A stretch of 64,000 nt of DNA from an uncultured Armatimonadetes bacterium (GCA_963771575.1 CAVYTV010000002.1:126317-190316); one strand, 5' to 3'; counted from the stretch's first letter, positions 44,102 through 56,640 are shown. Notes: generated by a model from the sequence alone, not told the origin. A program made the numbers and translations.

Positions 44102-46330
44102 ATGACATCCTCTGATGATGACCCGCCGCTGCCCTCCACCCCCGCTCCTGCCGACGAGGCCGCCCTTCAGCGCCGTCTGGAGGAAAGCGAACAGCACTAC
44201 CGCTCCCTGTATGAACAGAACCCCGATGCCGTGTACACGTTTGACCTGGAAGGGCGGTTCGTGGAGGCCAACCCGGCCTGCGAGGCGCTGACTGGTTATG
44301 CCATCGAGGAGCTGCAAGGGACCCCATTTTTGGATCTGATCGTCCCGGAAGATCGAGCGCGTGCCGATGCAGCCTTTGTAGCCGCCCGGCAGGGGAAGCC
44401 GGCGCATGACGAACTCGCCATCCGGCACAAAAGCGGCCGGCGCGTTTCGCTGTCCGTCACCAAAATCCCGATAGTGATTGATGGCAGCGTCACCGGCGTC
44501 TTTGGAATCGCCAAAAACATCACCGAACGCAAGGCGATGGAAACGGCGCTGCGCGAGAGCGAGGACCGATTTCGCACCATCGCTGAGACCAGCCCCGTCG
44601 CGATGACCATTACTCACTGGCACGACAGCCTCTTGTACTACGCCAACCGCCATTTTCGGGAAATGTTCGCGCTGCCACTCCACGGCGATCTTTCCCACCA
44701 GCAGACCCTGCCGCTGTATGTGAAGCCGGAAGATCGGGTGCGGCTGCTGGCCGCGCTGACCGAACACGACTATGTCAAGAACTATGAAATCCATTGCCAG
44801 CGGAGAGATGGGGCGTCGGTCTGGATCACCGGGTCCTTTCAGCGCTTTGTCTACCAGGGGGAAAGCGCGATCTTCTCTGCGTATCACGACATCACCGAAC
44901 GCAAGGCAATGGAAGCGGCGCTGCGCGAGAGCGAGGATCGGTTTCGGACCATCGCCGAAGCCAGCCCGGTCGCCATGACGATCACGCGCTGGGGAGATGG
45001 CCGGATGCTGTACATCAACCAGCATTTCCGCGACCTGCTGGGGCTGCCGCCGGAGGCCAATCCAGGCGATCATGCGGCGGCGGAGTTTTATTCCAATGCC
45101 GACGACCGGGAGCAGCTCCGGCAGGCGCTGCAAGGCGGCGGGATCGTTCAAAGCTGGGAAGGCTGCCTGCGCCGCACGGACGGCACGACGCTGTGGATCA
45201 GCGGCTCCTTCCAGCGGCTCGTTTTTCATGGTGAGGAGGCGATTTTCTCCGCCTACCACGATGTCACCGAGCGCAGACGACTGCTGGAGCAGGCTCAGGA
45301 AGAAGCCGAGCGAGACCCGCTCACAGGCCTGCTCAACCACCGCGCGTTCCACAAGCGCTTTGAGGACGAAGCCGAACGTGCGCTGGAAGACGGCCTTTCC
45401 CTGGCCGTGGCATTTCTGGACCTGGACAACTTCAAGTTCTTCAACGATGCGTATGGGCATACGACCGGCGACGAGGTGCTGCGTCAGGTGGCGGACGCTC
45501 TGCGCGGCGCGTGCCGCTCACAGGATACGCTGTCCCGGTTCGGCGGCGACGAGTTTGCCCTGCTGCTGCCCAATGTCGGCGCGGAGATCACCGCCGATGA
45601 GGTGGCCGCGCGTCTGAGCGCCGCCCTGCGCGATGTCAGTCACCAGCCCGCCGGCTATGGCAGCGCGATCCCCCTGTCCCTCTCGGTCGGCGTCGCCCTG
45701 TTTCCTGCCGACGCTCCCAATCGCTCCGCCGTCATGCAGCTAGCCGATGAGCGGCTGCTGCGCGCCAAGACCGGCGGCCTGTCCGAAGGCGAGGCCCAGC
45801 AGGTGCGGGCCGAGATGCAGGGTTTGGAGGGGTTTTCCATGCTGGACGCGCTGGTCAATGCCGTGGACAACAAAGACCGGTACACACGTCGGCACTCGGA
45901 AGACGTGATGACCTACAGCCTGCTGATCGCGCGCGTCCTGGGACTGGACAGCGCGACGCAGCACACGGTCTCGGTGGCCGCGCTGCTGCACGATGTCGGC
46001 AAGATCGGCGTTCCCGACGCCATTCTTCGCAAGCCTGGCGCGTTGACGGAGCATGAGTTTGAGGCCATCCGGCAGCACCCGGTCATGGGAGCGGTGATTG
46101 TCGCCGCCGTGCCGGGGCTGGAAGGGACGCTGGACTCGGTCCGGCATCACCATGAGCGCTGGGACGGGCAGGGCTATCCTGACGGCCTGCGCGGCGAACA
46201 AACGCCTCTGCTGGCCCGCCTGATGGCGGTGGCCGATGCCTATTCGGCGATGACCTCCGACCGTCCCTACCGCAAAGGCAAAACTTCGGCCCAGGCGCAG
46301 GCAGTGTTAGAGGCCGGGGCGGGGACTTAG
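44102..46330 (+). CDS. Three PAS domains, GGDEF diguanylate cyclase and HD-GYP phosphodiesterase
   Basis: Three PAS modules each ending HDITERKAME/HDVTERRR, GGDEF (SRFGGDEFALLL), HD-GYP (LHDVGKIGVPD .. HHERWDGQGYPDGL). Confidence 0.9.
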   Translation: MTSSDDDPPLPSTPAPADEAALQRRLEESEQHYRSLYEQNPDAVYTFDLEGRFVEANPACEALTGYAIEELQGTPFLDLIVPEDRARADAAFVAARQGKPAHDELAIRHKSGRRVSLSVTKIPIVIDGSVTGVFGIAKNITERKAMETALRESEDRFRTIAETSPVAMTITHWHDSLLYYANRHFREMFALPLHGDLSHQQTLPLYVKPEDRVRLLAALTEHDYVKNYEIHCQRRDGASVWITGSFQRFVYQGESAIFSAYHDITERKAMEAALRESEDRFRTIAEASPVAMTITRWGDGRMLYINQHFRDLLGLPPEANPGDHAAAEFYSNADDREQLRQALQGGGIVQSWEGCLRRTDGTTLWISGSFQRLVFHGEEAIFSAYHDVTERRRLLEQAQEEAERDPLTGLLNHRAFHKRFEDEAERALEDGLSLAVAFLDLDNFKFFNDAYGHTTGDEVLRQVADALRGACRSQDTLSRFGGDEFALLLPNVGAEITADEVAARLSAALRDVSHQPAGYGSAIPLSLSVGVALFPADAPNRSAVMQLADERLLRAKTGGLSEGEAQQVRAEMQGLEGFSMLDALVNAVDNKDRYTRRHSEDVMTYSLLIARVLGLDSATQHTVSVAALLHDVGKIGVPDAILRKPGALTEHEFEAIRQHPVMGAVIVAAVPGLEGTLDSVRHHHERWDGQGYPDGLRGEQTPLLARLMAVADAYSAMTSDRPYRKGKTSAQAQAVLEAGAGT

Positions 46331-46414
46331 TGGGATCCGGCCTGCATTGCCGCTTTCTTGCAGGCAATGCGGACTCGGCGGGCTTGACGCGGTCCCCACC
46401 CCCGCAAGCCTTTT

Positions 46415-46865
46415 TCAAGCCTTTTTGTACTGGATCAGCAGGACGCCCGCGAAAAGCAGCGCGGCGCCCAGAATGCGCCAAATGTTCAGGGGAGAGCGGG
46501 GGACGCCCAGCCAGCCGAACGAGTTAAAGGCAAGCGCGGCGAGGAGCTCGCCCGAACACAGCGCAGGAGACCACGACGGCTGCGCCGACACGAGGAACGC
46601 CCACCACGGCCAGCGTGACGTAAAACGCCCCGAACAGTCCCCCGGTCCAGGCCCACCATGGCAGCGGCCCCAGCTCCGTCAGTTTCCCGCGCCCGAACGC
46701 CCCAAAGGCCGCCAGCAAGCCCAGCGCGACGCCCCCGACCACAAACGAGATCAGCGCCCCGAGAACCGGAGACACCACCGCCTCCCGCAGCCGGGAATTG
46801 ACCGCCTGCTGGAATGTCAGCCCCACGCCGCCCAGAACCAGCGCCAGCACCAAAAAAATCTGCAT
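46415..46865 (-). CDS. DMT-superfamily membrane protein (YdcZ/DUF606-like, paralog of 20093-20540); apparent frameshift near 46550
   Basis: NSRLREAVVSPVLGALISFVVGGVALG..WWAWTGGLFGAF, then in the next frame ELLAALAFNSFGWLGVPRSPLNIWRILGAALLFAGVLLIQYKKA. Confidence 0.6.
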
Positions 46866-46883
46866 GGGGCCATTGTACCCGCC

Positions 46884-47603
46884 CTAGCCGTAGGTTGGCT
46901 TCTGGGGCCACCCCGGCGGCGAATCCTCCCAGTCTTCCTGACGGCCATACGGGGTGACATCCAGGAGAGGATAAGCGTCGGTGAGAGATTCAACTCCCCG
47001 CGCGTAGGTGGAGTAGGTGTGAAAGACATCGCCGCCGTCGCGGAAAAAGACGCTCAGGCCCGGTGCCTCGCCTTTGCCCGGTGTGTCCATTTCCGCTTTA
47101 CTGCGATAGTTGTACTCCACCGGCGCGACGCTCTCATCCAGCGTGACGTGGAAATCGTAGTTGAAATCGCTGCCGAAGGAGGAATACCACGGAACCCCCC
47201 ACCCCTTGCTTGCTTTGTAAGCCTCCAGCTTCGCCAGTGGGGCGCGGGAAACAAGCGCAAAGCTTGTCTCCCGCTCGTTCAGCATTGACAGGTCGCCCAG
47301 GGCGTCTACAAAGCCTGTGCAGCCGGGGCAGCCTTTTTCCCACTCCGGGTCAAACATGAAGTGGTAGATGATCAGTTGGCGGCGCTCGTCAAAGAGATCG
47401 GCAAGGCTTCGTTTTCCTTCCGGGCCGTCAAAGGCATACTCTTTTTCAATCTTCACCATCGGGAGCCGGCGACGCTCGGCGCTCACCCGGTCGCGCTGCC
47501 GGGTGAGTTCCTTTTCACGGGCCAGATGCTGCTTGCGCGCAGTGAGCCATTCGTCTCGCGACACGATTTCCGGGTGCGGGGTCTCGTTCTGTGCCATTTT
47601 CAT
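46884..47603 (-). CDS. DUF899 thioredoxin-like family protein
   Basis: [60 protein letters not shown]. Confidence 0.8.
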   Translation of the reverse strand: MKMAQNETPHPEIVSRDEWLTARKQHLAREKELTRQRDRVSAERRRLPMVKIEKEYAFDGPEGKRSLADLFDERRQLIIYHFMFDPEWEKGCPGCTGFVDALGDLSMLNERETSFALVSRAPLAKLEAYKASKGWGVPWYSSFGSDFNYDFHVTLDESVAPVEYNYRSKAEMDTPGKGEAPGLSVFFRDGGDVFHTYSTYARGVESLTDAYPLLDVTPYGRQEDWEDSPPGWPQKPTYG

Positions 47604-48089
47604 TTATCCCCCCATATGCCAGTCATGATCGCCATAGATGGTCTGAATATAGTCCATCTGCGCGATATGACAACTGAGATGGTAAGCCGGAAAGGTAATC
47701 CCGATAGCCATAGGAGTGGGCGGGCCGAAGGGCACCTGGAATGTGGAGGCAAGCTGCTCCGGCGTCAGTTTGTCCAGCCAGGCCAGGTATTCCGCGCTGT
47801 TTTGTTCCAGCAGGCTGAGAACCTGTTCGCGCGTGGAGTATTCTTTTTCGTCGCTGCGAAGAGCGGCGTCAAATTCGGCAGTGTTGGCGAAGGGAAATGG
47901 CTTGCCGGTCAACATGCCCTGAATGCCGGCAATCGCCCCCGCGCCATGCGCGACTTGCTGGAGGGGCGTTCGGGCGGTCGGCGAGGGCGACCAGTTGAGT
48001 TTGTCGTCGGGCGTGGTTGCCAGGGCGCGCGCCATGCGCTCTTTGGCGCGGACAAATTCCGCTTTGGCCTGGCTGATGCTGTCTTCCAT
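47604..48089 (-). CDS. DinB-family protein
   Basis: Four-helix-bundle-like sequence with His residues (QVAHGAG.., CHIAQMDYIQ). Start chosen at MEDSISQ. Confidence 0.55.
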   Translation of the reverse strand: MEDSISQAKAEFVRAKERMARALATTPDDKLNWSPSPTARTPLQQVAHGAGAIAGIQGMLTGKPFPFANTAEFDAALRSDEKEYSTREQVLSLLEQNSAEYLAWLDKLTPEQLASTFQVPFGPPTPMAIGITFPAYHLSCHIAQMDYIQTIYGDHDWHMGG

Positions 48090-48151
48090 TGTGATGTCCT
48101 TTAGTGTCTGATGAGACCTTTTCTGTGCGCGGCAGTTTCTGTGCGCGGCAG

Positions 48152-48607
48152 TCATTGGGTCAGCGTGTGGATGTAAGTGATCTGTCCCTGGTGGTAGCCC
48201 ATGTTCCAGGCAGGGTAGGCAATTGTTTTCTGCATGGTAAACGTCCCTCCCCAGGGCAGAGCGATCTCAATGGGAAGAGCGTCATCGGTGACAGTCAAAA
48301 TGGTGTCTGCGGCCTCCGCGGCGCTGGACACGAGCAAAGCGACGGCCTTTTCCCAGTCTTCCGCCAGCTTGTGTTTTGCCTGTATCCACGCCTCCATATC
48401 CGTGGCGGGGAATTGGCGGCTTTGGATCATTTCTACCGTATTGTGATTGATCATCGCGCACTCCGCAATTTGATCGAGCGCGGAACGGCCTTTGCCCAGC
48501 GGCTGCCAGCCGCGTTTGTCTTCGGCCAAAAGCAGCGCGGCATCCAGCATGTCCTGGGCAGCGCGGCGAGTGGCGTCTGCGAGAAATTTCTGGAGCGAGG
48601 TTGCCAT
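48152..48607 (-). CDS. DinB-family protein
   Basis: SALDQIAECAMINHN .. WNMGYHQGQITYIHTL. Confidence 0.55.
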   Translation of the reverse strand: MATSLQKFLADATRRAAQDMLDAALLLAEDKRGWQPLGKGRSALDQIAECAMINHNTVEMIQSRQFPATDMEAWIQAKHKLAEDWEKAVALLVSSAAEAADTILTVTDDALPIEIALPWGGTFTMQKTIAYPAWNMGYHQGQITYIHTLTQ

Positions 48608-48635
48608 TATGTCTTTCCTTTCGGCCTTGCCGACG

Positions 48636-49052
48636 TTATTCTTTCACGTTTTGGTCGTAGTTCAAAATCCAGTTCTTGCCGAACTTGTCGGTCAGAGTCC
48701 CAAACGTCCCGCCCCAGAACATCACTTCCAGAGGGCTGGTGACGGTTCCCCCCGCAGAAAGAGCGGTGAAAAGACGAGTGATCTCCGCTTCACTGTTGAA
48801 GTTGAGGCAGAGAGAAACGGTATTTCCCTCCATCGGTTCTTCCCGCGCCATGTCCGTCGCCATCAGCGTCAGGCTGCCGCTGGTTAAAGAAGAGTGCAAA
48901 ATTTGCGGGCCGTACTTTGCCGGCATCTGGTCGGCCACCGGCGACTCTTCCACTGTTTGCAATGTGAGTTCCCCGCCCAGGCATTCCTGGTAGAAGGTCA
49001 TGGCCTCGCGGCAGCGGCCATGGAATCCGAGGTAAGGGTTAAGCTGTGTCAT
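48636..49052 (-). CDS. VOC/glyoxalase-fold protein (PhnB/YjdN-like)
   Basis: LNPYLGFHGRCREAMTFYQECLGGEL .. FWGGTFGTLTDKFGKNWILNY. Confidence 0.75.
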   Translation of the reverse strand: MTQLNPYLGFHGRCREAMTFYQECLGGELTLQTVEESPVADQMPAKYGPQILHSSLTSGSLTLMATDMAREEPMEGNTVSLCLNFNSEAEITRLFTALSAGGTVTSPLEVMFWGGTFGTLTDKFGKNWILNYDQNVKE

Positions 49053-49302
49053 GGTGATCTCCTCCGTTTCGCTGTTTTGATTATATCGCAGGAAAGCAGG
49101 GGAGGAAGCGTTTCACGGGGGTAGCAGCCAGGCGATTTGCTGATTTTCTCACTTGATGAGAATTTTGCTCGTCAAGCCTTACAAGCGCGCAGATGCCGCT
49201 CTTTGGAAGGTTACTGGCGCATTTATACTTCGGCAGCCTGCGGCGTTCGCATTTTCGTAACCTTTTCGGCGGGCGAAGCAGCGCGGCGCGAGACTTGTCC
49301 GT

Positions 49303-49638
49303 TCAAGGCAGTCGGGGCTGAACGATCTGCGGCGAAATAGTCTCCGCCAACTCGCGACGCGTCATGCCAAGCGCAAGTAAAGCCCGGATCATCAGGTCCA
49401 GGGAGACATGCGGATCGCCCGCTTCCATTTTAGCGACGCGCGACTGGCTGGAGCCGATCTGCTCTGCAAGCTGGCTTTGTGTCAAACTGCTGCTCCTGCG
49501 CCATTCGTTCAAGGAGTCCGTGAGAGAAAGTTTGATTTCTATCAATTCGCTCTCGGCCACAGTAAGGCCGAGGAATTCCGCGACCGTGCCAACTCGGAAG
49601 CCCGCTGCTTCCAAATGCTTGCGTTTTGCTTCATCCAT
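49303..49638 (-). CDS. XRE-family HTH protein (antitoxin-like, no adjacent toxin)
   Basis: LTQSQLAEQIGSSQSRVAKMEAGDPHVSLDLMIRALLALG. Confidence 0.7.
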   Translation of the reverse strand: MDEAKRKHLEAAGFRVGTVAEFLGLTVAESELIEIKLSLTDSLNEWRRSSSLTQSQLAEQIGSSQSRVAKMEAGDPHVSLDLMIRALLALGMTRRELAETISPQIVQPRLP

Positions 49639-49644
49639 CTTGCA

Positions 49645-51114
49645 TTACCCTCCTATTTCATCCAGCCCTGCCTGCGCCCGCCGGGGATCTAGGCTGTTGA
49701 TGCCCGGCGCGACCGCCTTCTGGAACTCCTGACGGGCTTCTTCTCGGTCACCCAGACGCAGGGCGATCTCGCCGAAGTGGAAATAAATCGTGGGCAGAAT
49801 GGCGGGCGTGGGGCGGCTATCTCGGTAGCACTCGAAAAAGCGGCGGCTTTCGGCGAGATCGCCCATCTGCAAGGTGGCCCGACCCAGATGGCCGAGTACA
49901 CCACGCATCGTGGCGTGGTCGGTGACAAAAAAAGCTGCTCGGCTTTCCACACTTGCCATCAAGCGGCGGGCCTCTGCCATGTGCCCCTTCTGCGCTAGGA
50001 CGTTGACCATTGTGGCGTCACACCAGAGCGCCAGTTTTTGTTCGCCGCCGGGCGGCGGCGGCCAGACGGTGGAAGAGGAGATAGCCTGAAGGCCGGTGCG
50101 GGCGGTTTCCAGATGCACCATTGCTGCGTCTGGCTGCTCGGCGCGGGCCTCAATCCAGGCCATGCCCAGTGCGCGGAGCGCCTGCATCTTTCGCTCTACG
50201 GAGGGCTGGTTGAAATGCGGACCCTCGGAGCGTTGTGCCATCACGGGACGGGCTTCGTCAAAGCGCCCCATGTCCCGCAGACACTCGGCTTCAGTAACAA
50301 GGTTCACGCGGCCTGGGCTGTGCGCCACCTGTCGCGCCCGGCGGCAAGCAGCGATAGCGTCTTCAAATTGCCCGCGTTTGTGCTGGATGCTCGCCAACAG
50401 GGTTAGGCTTTGGGCGATTTCTTCGGGCTTGCTGGCGGCTTCCGCCAGTTCCAGCGCGCGGCGGTGCTGCGCCTCGGCTTGATCCAAATCTCCCCCATCA
50501 CTGAATCCGATCCCCGCCATGCGGTGCATCAGGGTTTGAACCGTCTTATCCGGTCCATTTGCCAGGGACGCCTGCGCCCAGCGCAGCGTTTCCTCAGAGC
50601 GGCCCGCGTGATGATGCGCCAGCGCTAGTTTCGCCATGATGTGCGCCCGGCCCGAACCCGGCAGGGCCGGAGTCAGAGAAATCGCGCGCTCAAAGAACTG
50701 GCAGGCTTCATTATGGCGTCCCTTTTGGGTTAGCAAGTCACCCTGCGCCATCAGGGACATCGGATCGGCCAAGTTTTTCATGGCGCCCGCTCCCGCCCGC
50801 TCCCGCTCCACGGAGGCTTCTTCGGTTCGTCCCAAAATTTCCAGGGTGTCGGCCAGACGGCGGCGCGTGTCCGCTTCAATACCCGAAGGGGGGCGGCGCT
50901 TCAGCACCAGTTGAAAAGCCTCGATGGCTTCGGCATAACGTTTAGCCTGGAAATGCCGGACGCCGATACTCTGCGGCTGAAAGAAGAATACCCATTGGTA
51001 GAGAAAAACGACAACAAAAATAGCAGCCAATAGCAGCGCGTAAAAGCCAAGCGAATGCATCAGTGGTCCCATGACGAAATGATACGCCGGGAACTTATCA
51101 CATTCCTTCCGCAT
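49645..51114 (-). CDS. Membrane-anchored TPR-repeat protein
   Basis: Two N-terminal hydrophobic segments, then TPR-like repeats throughout. Confidence 0.7.
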   Translation of the reverse strand: MRKECDKFPAYHFVMGPLMHSLGFYALLLAAIFVVVFLYQWVFFFQPQSIGVRHFQAKRYAEAIEAFQLVLKRRPPSGIEADTRRRLADTLEILGRTEEASVERERAGAGAMKNLADPMSLMAQGDLLTQKGRHNEACQFFERAISLTPALPGSGRAHIMAKLALAHHHAGRSEETLRWAQASLANGPDKTVQTLMHRMAGIGFSDGGDLDQAEAQHRRALELAEAASKPEEIAQSLTLLASIQHKRGQFEDAIAACRRARQVAHSPGRVNLVTEAECLRDMGRFDEARPVMAQRSEGPHFNQPSVERKMQALRALGMAWIEARAEQPDAAMVHLETARTGLQAISSSTVWPPPPGGEQKLALWCDATMVNVLAQKGHMAEARRLMASVESRAAFFVTDHATMRGVLGHLGRATLQMGDLAESRRFFECYRDSRPTPAILPTIYFHFGEIALRLGDREEARQEFQKAVAPGINSLDPRRAQAGLDEIGG

Positions 51115-51121
51115 TCTATCT

Positions 51122-51142
51122 CTTGAGTGTCACATACTCAAA
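51122..51142. promoter_or_regulatory. HAIR-type inverted repeat (HspR operator consensus CTTGAGT-N7-ACTCAAG)
   Basis: CTTGAGT gtcacat ACTCAAa, about 90 nt upstream of hsp20. Confidence 0.6.
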
Positions 51143-51234
51143 TAACTTCAGAGAAATTAACCGTTTAGGAACCGAGCGGGTGGGAAACAACGTAAGATAA
51201 TCCCAACCCTTTGGAAAAGGCAGGAGACGCACCT

Positions 51235-51689
51235 ATGGCGTTCAATGATTACCGCGACATCATCCGGCAGATGGAGCGCGAGATGCAGCAGTTGTCCGAT
51301 GAGGCCTTTCGCGGGTTTTTCGCGATGCCCACCGGCGGCGGCGGGACGCTTCTGGCAGCCGCCGGTAGACATCCATGAGACCGAACACGCCGTCATCGTT
51401 AAAGATGGAACTGGCGGGAGTCAAGGCCGACGACCTGCATGTTTCACTGACGCCCGATGACCGCATTCTCAACATCAGCGGCGCGCGCGCCGAGGGACAG
51501 GGCGACCGCGACGGACGTATCCGCTGTCATCAATTGGAGATTTATTTCGGGCCATTCGAGCGGGCCGTCGCGCTGCCGGGCGGCATCCGCCTCAACCGCG
51601 AGGCGATCAAGGCCGCTTACCGCGAAGGGTTTCTGCTGGTCACGCTGCCCAAGAAGCGCGCAGTCGCGAGAAGCCGCAGTCGCGCATGA
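51235..51689 (+). CDS. Hsp20/alpha-crystallin small heat-shock protein; two apparent frameshifts (near 51340 and near 51405)
   Basis: MAFNDYRDIIRQMEREM.. / GRFWQPPVDIHETEHAVIVK / MELAGVKADDLHVSLTPDDRILNISG..FERAVALPGGI..AAYREGFLLVTLPKK in three successive frames. Confidence 0.75.
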
Positions 51690-51762
51690 TTCCGATCAGC
51701 AGCGACGCAGAGCCGACAAATACAGAGCCGATCAATGACAGAGAGTGAGGACAAGTCTAATC

Positions 51763-54351
<2,589 letters not shown>

Positions 54352-54365
54352 CGACGACTAAAATC

Positions 54366-54400
54366 AGCCCTTGCCTTCTGTGAGGCAGGGGCTTTTTATT
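54366..54400 (+). terminator. Intrinsic terminator after lon
   Basis: agcccttgcc / ggcaggggct followed by ttttatt. Confidence 0.6.
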
Positions 54401-54405
54401 ACTGC

Positions 54406-54434
54406 TTGACATTATTAACGCGCTGCGGTAACAT
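54406..54434 (+). promoter_or_regulatory. Candidate higBA promoter
   Basis: TTGACA, 17 nt, TAACAT. Confidence 0.4.
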
Positions 54435-54441
54435 AACAGGA

Positions 54442-54723
54442 GTGATTGTCTCGTTCAACTCGGAGGAAGCGGCAAGGATATGGGCAGGCGAAGTCTCCCG
54501 AAAACTGCCGCAGGACATTCAGCGGGCGGCTCTGCGGAAAATGGAGATATTGAACGCGGCAGTGGATGTGACGGATTTAAGAACGCCGCCCGGCAACCGC
54601 CTGGAAGCGCTGAAACGAGATCGGGCGGGGCAGTACAGCATCCGCATTAACGATCAATGGCGCATCTGCTTTGTCTGGCGCGAAGCCAACGCCCATGATG
54701 TGGAAATCGTGGACTACCACTAG
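54442..54723 (+). CDS. higB: HigB-type toxin (plasmid maintenance system killer family)
   Basis: ..RKLPQDIQRAALRKMEILNAAVDVTDLRTPPGNRLEALKRDRAGQYSIRINDQWRICFVW..VEIVDYH. GTG start preceded by aacaggag. Confidence 0.8.
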   Translation: MIVSFNSEEAARIWAGEVSRKLPQDIQRAALRKMEILNAAVDVTDLRTPPGNRLEALKRDRAGQYSIRINDQWRICFVWREANAHDVEIVDYH

Positions 54724-54733
54724 AGGAGCAAGT

Positions 54734-55039
54734 ATGGAAAGACTGCCAAGCATTCATCCCGGCGAGATTTTGCGGGAAGAATTTCTCAGCCCGCTGGACA
54801 TCACCGCGTACCGGCTGGCAAAAGACATTCATGTGCCCGCCACCCGCATTGCCGACATTCTCAACGGCAAGCGCGGCATCAGCGCCGAGACAGCGTTGCG
54901 GCTTTCTCACTATTTCGGCAACAGCGCTCAATTCTGGCTAAACTTGCAATCCCACTATGAGTTGCGGGAAGCACAAAATCGCCATCAGGAGGAAGTCTTG
55001 ACCATTGCACAGTGTAAAAAACTGCCTGTCGCCGCGTAA
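54734..55039 (+). CDS. higA: HigA-type HTH antitoxin
   Basis: IHPGEILREEFLSPLDITAYRLAKDIHVPATRIADILNGKRGISAETALRLSHYFGNSAQFWLNLQ. Confidence 0.85.
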   Translation: MERLPSIHPGEILREEFLSPLDITAYRLAKDIHVPATRIADILNGKRGISAETALRLSHYFGNSAQFWLNLQSHYELREAQNRHQEEVLTIAQCKKLPVAA

Positions 55040-55054
55040 CCAAGTCAGGAAATT

Positions 55055-55528
55055 ATGAAAAACACCTATCTCAAAGCAGCCGCTCTGGGGATGATCGCCG
55101 GCATGCGGAGCATGTCCGCCCCGGCCTTTGTCAGCGACCATTTGAGGCACGCGCAGTCCCCTGCCCTGTCGCAGTCTCCGCTGGCGTTTCTCGGCTCCGC
55201 AAAGACGGCCACGGCATTCAAGGTCCTGGCGCTGGGCGAACTGGTCGGGGACAAGCTGCCTTTTGTGCCGGCGCGCACTGCGCCGGGGCCGCTGACTGGC
55301 CGGCTCGTGTTTGGCGGCATGTGCGGAGCTGCCCTCTGTGTGGCCGAGGACGAACCGCTGGCGGCAGGTATGGTAGTCGGGGCGATTGCTGCCTTGGCTT
55401 CTTCGTTTGGCTTTTATCATTTTCGGCGTCGGCTGGGCCAGGTGACAAAGCTGCCCGACCCGGCCATCGCCGTCGCTGAAGATGCGCTGATGCTAGGCGT
55501 GGGATACAGCCTCTTCCACGGGAAGTGA
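55055..55528 (+). CDS. DUF4126-family membrane protein
   Basis: AAALGMIAGMRSMSAPAFVS .. GELVGDKLPFVPART. Confidence 0.6.
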   Translation: MKNTYLKAAALGMIAGMRSMSAPAFVSDHLRHAQSPALSQSPLAFLGSAKTATAFKVLALGELVGDKLPFVPARTAPGPLTGRLVFGGMCGAALCVAEDEPLAAGMVVGAIAALASSFGFYHFRRRLGQVTKLPDPAIAVAEDALMLGVGYSLFHGK

Positions 55529-55549
55529 CAGATCGGGTACAATTGGCTC

Positions 55550-55865
55550 ATGCCGACCAGATTTCCAGTCCCAAAACGGAGCAGCCTTGTGGAAGACCTG
55601 TACGGGGTGCCGGAGAACGGCAAGGCTGAAATCATTCACGGAAGAATTGTTCGCATGAGTCCGACAGGAGCCAAACCGGGGCAAGTCGCGTTTAAAATTC
55701 CGTCCAGATTATCGGAGTATGCCGACGATTTACCGGCGCGGCGACGTGGCCGAGGCAGAGCCGGCGGTTCCCGGATGGACTATGCCCGTAGACGACTTGT
55801 TTCAGCGGCCTCTCGGTTCAAACCGTACGGTAAATTTGCCGGAAAATATTTCAGAAAGGGGATAA
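55550..55865 (+). pseudogene. Uma2 (DUF820) endonuclease remnant with an internal deletion and a frameshift
   Basis: The N-terminus VEDLYGVPENGKAEIIHGRIVRMSPTG and, in another frame, the C-terminal end LPGWTMPVDDLFQ are present. The central catalytic part is absent. Confidence 0.5.
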
Positions 55866-56142
55866 ATCGCCCTAAAGAACTTTCCAGAGTGCGCCATAAT
55901 CAAGAGTGTCATCGGCCACAGTGGCCGCGTGACGACAAGGGCAAAGATGACGAAGGGCAAACTCGCCGAAAGACGAGGACGCAAAGCTAGTGGGTCTAAG
56001 GCAGCCGTTTTTGTGGTATCCACCGCTGCTAGGATAGCCAAGCCGCCGCACCGCCTGCGTTCGGGTAAATGGGACGTCCGCGAATAGTCACGGGCGCCGC
56101 GACCCAAAGCAAAGCAAGGCATATCAGGGGGCAAACCGACCA

Positions 56143-56481
56143 ATGAAAATCTCAAACGACGAATCGCTGCGCGCCAGCCGCATTGAATCAGTCTCGCCGG
56201 TTCCATCCGGCGCTGTCAAGACATCTCCGGCGACGACGCCGGGATCAGGACCCGCCGCCCAGGTGGAACTGTCCGCGCAGGCGAAGGCGCTTTCTGCGTC
56301 CAAAACAGTTTCCAAAGCCGAAGCGGCGCGCTTTCTGCCCGCCGTCCAGGCCGCGCCGGAAACGCGCGACGACCTCGTGAGCCGGCTCAAGACTCAGGTG
56401 GAGAGCGGCAGCTATCATGTTCCGGCGACGGACATTGCAGAGCAGATCGTTCGCCGCGCGAATGCGGACCGCATCCAGTAG
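56143..56481 (+). CDS. flgM: Anti-sigma-28 factor FlgM
   Basis: The C-terminus RDDLVSRLKTQVESGSYHVPATDIAEQIV is the FlgM signature. The N-terminus is unstructured and Ser/Ala/Pro-rich. Confidence 0.8.
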   Translation: MKISNDESLRASRIESVSPVPSGAVKTSPATTPGSGPAAQVELSAQAKALSASKTVSKAEAARFLPAVQAAPETRDDLVSRLKTQVESGSYHVPATDIAEQIVRRANADRIQ

Positions 56482-56526
56482 ACCCGAAAATCGTACATCT
56501 GTTCGGTTAAGTAAATCACGTAAAAA

Positions 56527-56556
56527 GCGTGGGAGCACAGGCTCCCGCGCTTTTTT
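56527..56556 (+). terminator. Intrinsic terminator after flgM
   Basis: gcgtgggagc / gctcccgcgc followed by tttttt. Confidence 0.7.
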
Positions 56557-56640
56557 GCGTCTTATTCTCCGCACAGGCAGGAGATTGGCGCACAATGGAG
56601 AATAGGAGGATAGACTTTCGTTGGAAGAAGGAGTGCGCGC

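Noticed and set aside
43934-45460. 508-aa ORF on the minus strand (and its neighbour 43261-44139) overlapping the tandem repeat and the PAS-GGDEF gene
   Set aside because: It is antisense to a gene with unmistakable PAS/GGDEF/HD-GYP motifs. It has a low-complexity Arg/Gly/Pro-rich composition, which is typical of mirror ORFs in GC-rich DNA. Its C-terminal KKSSE repeats are simply the 15-bp tandem repeat read in frame.
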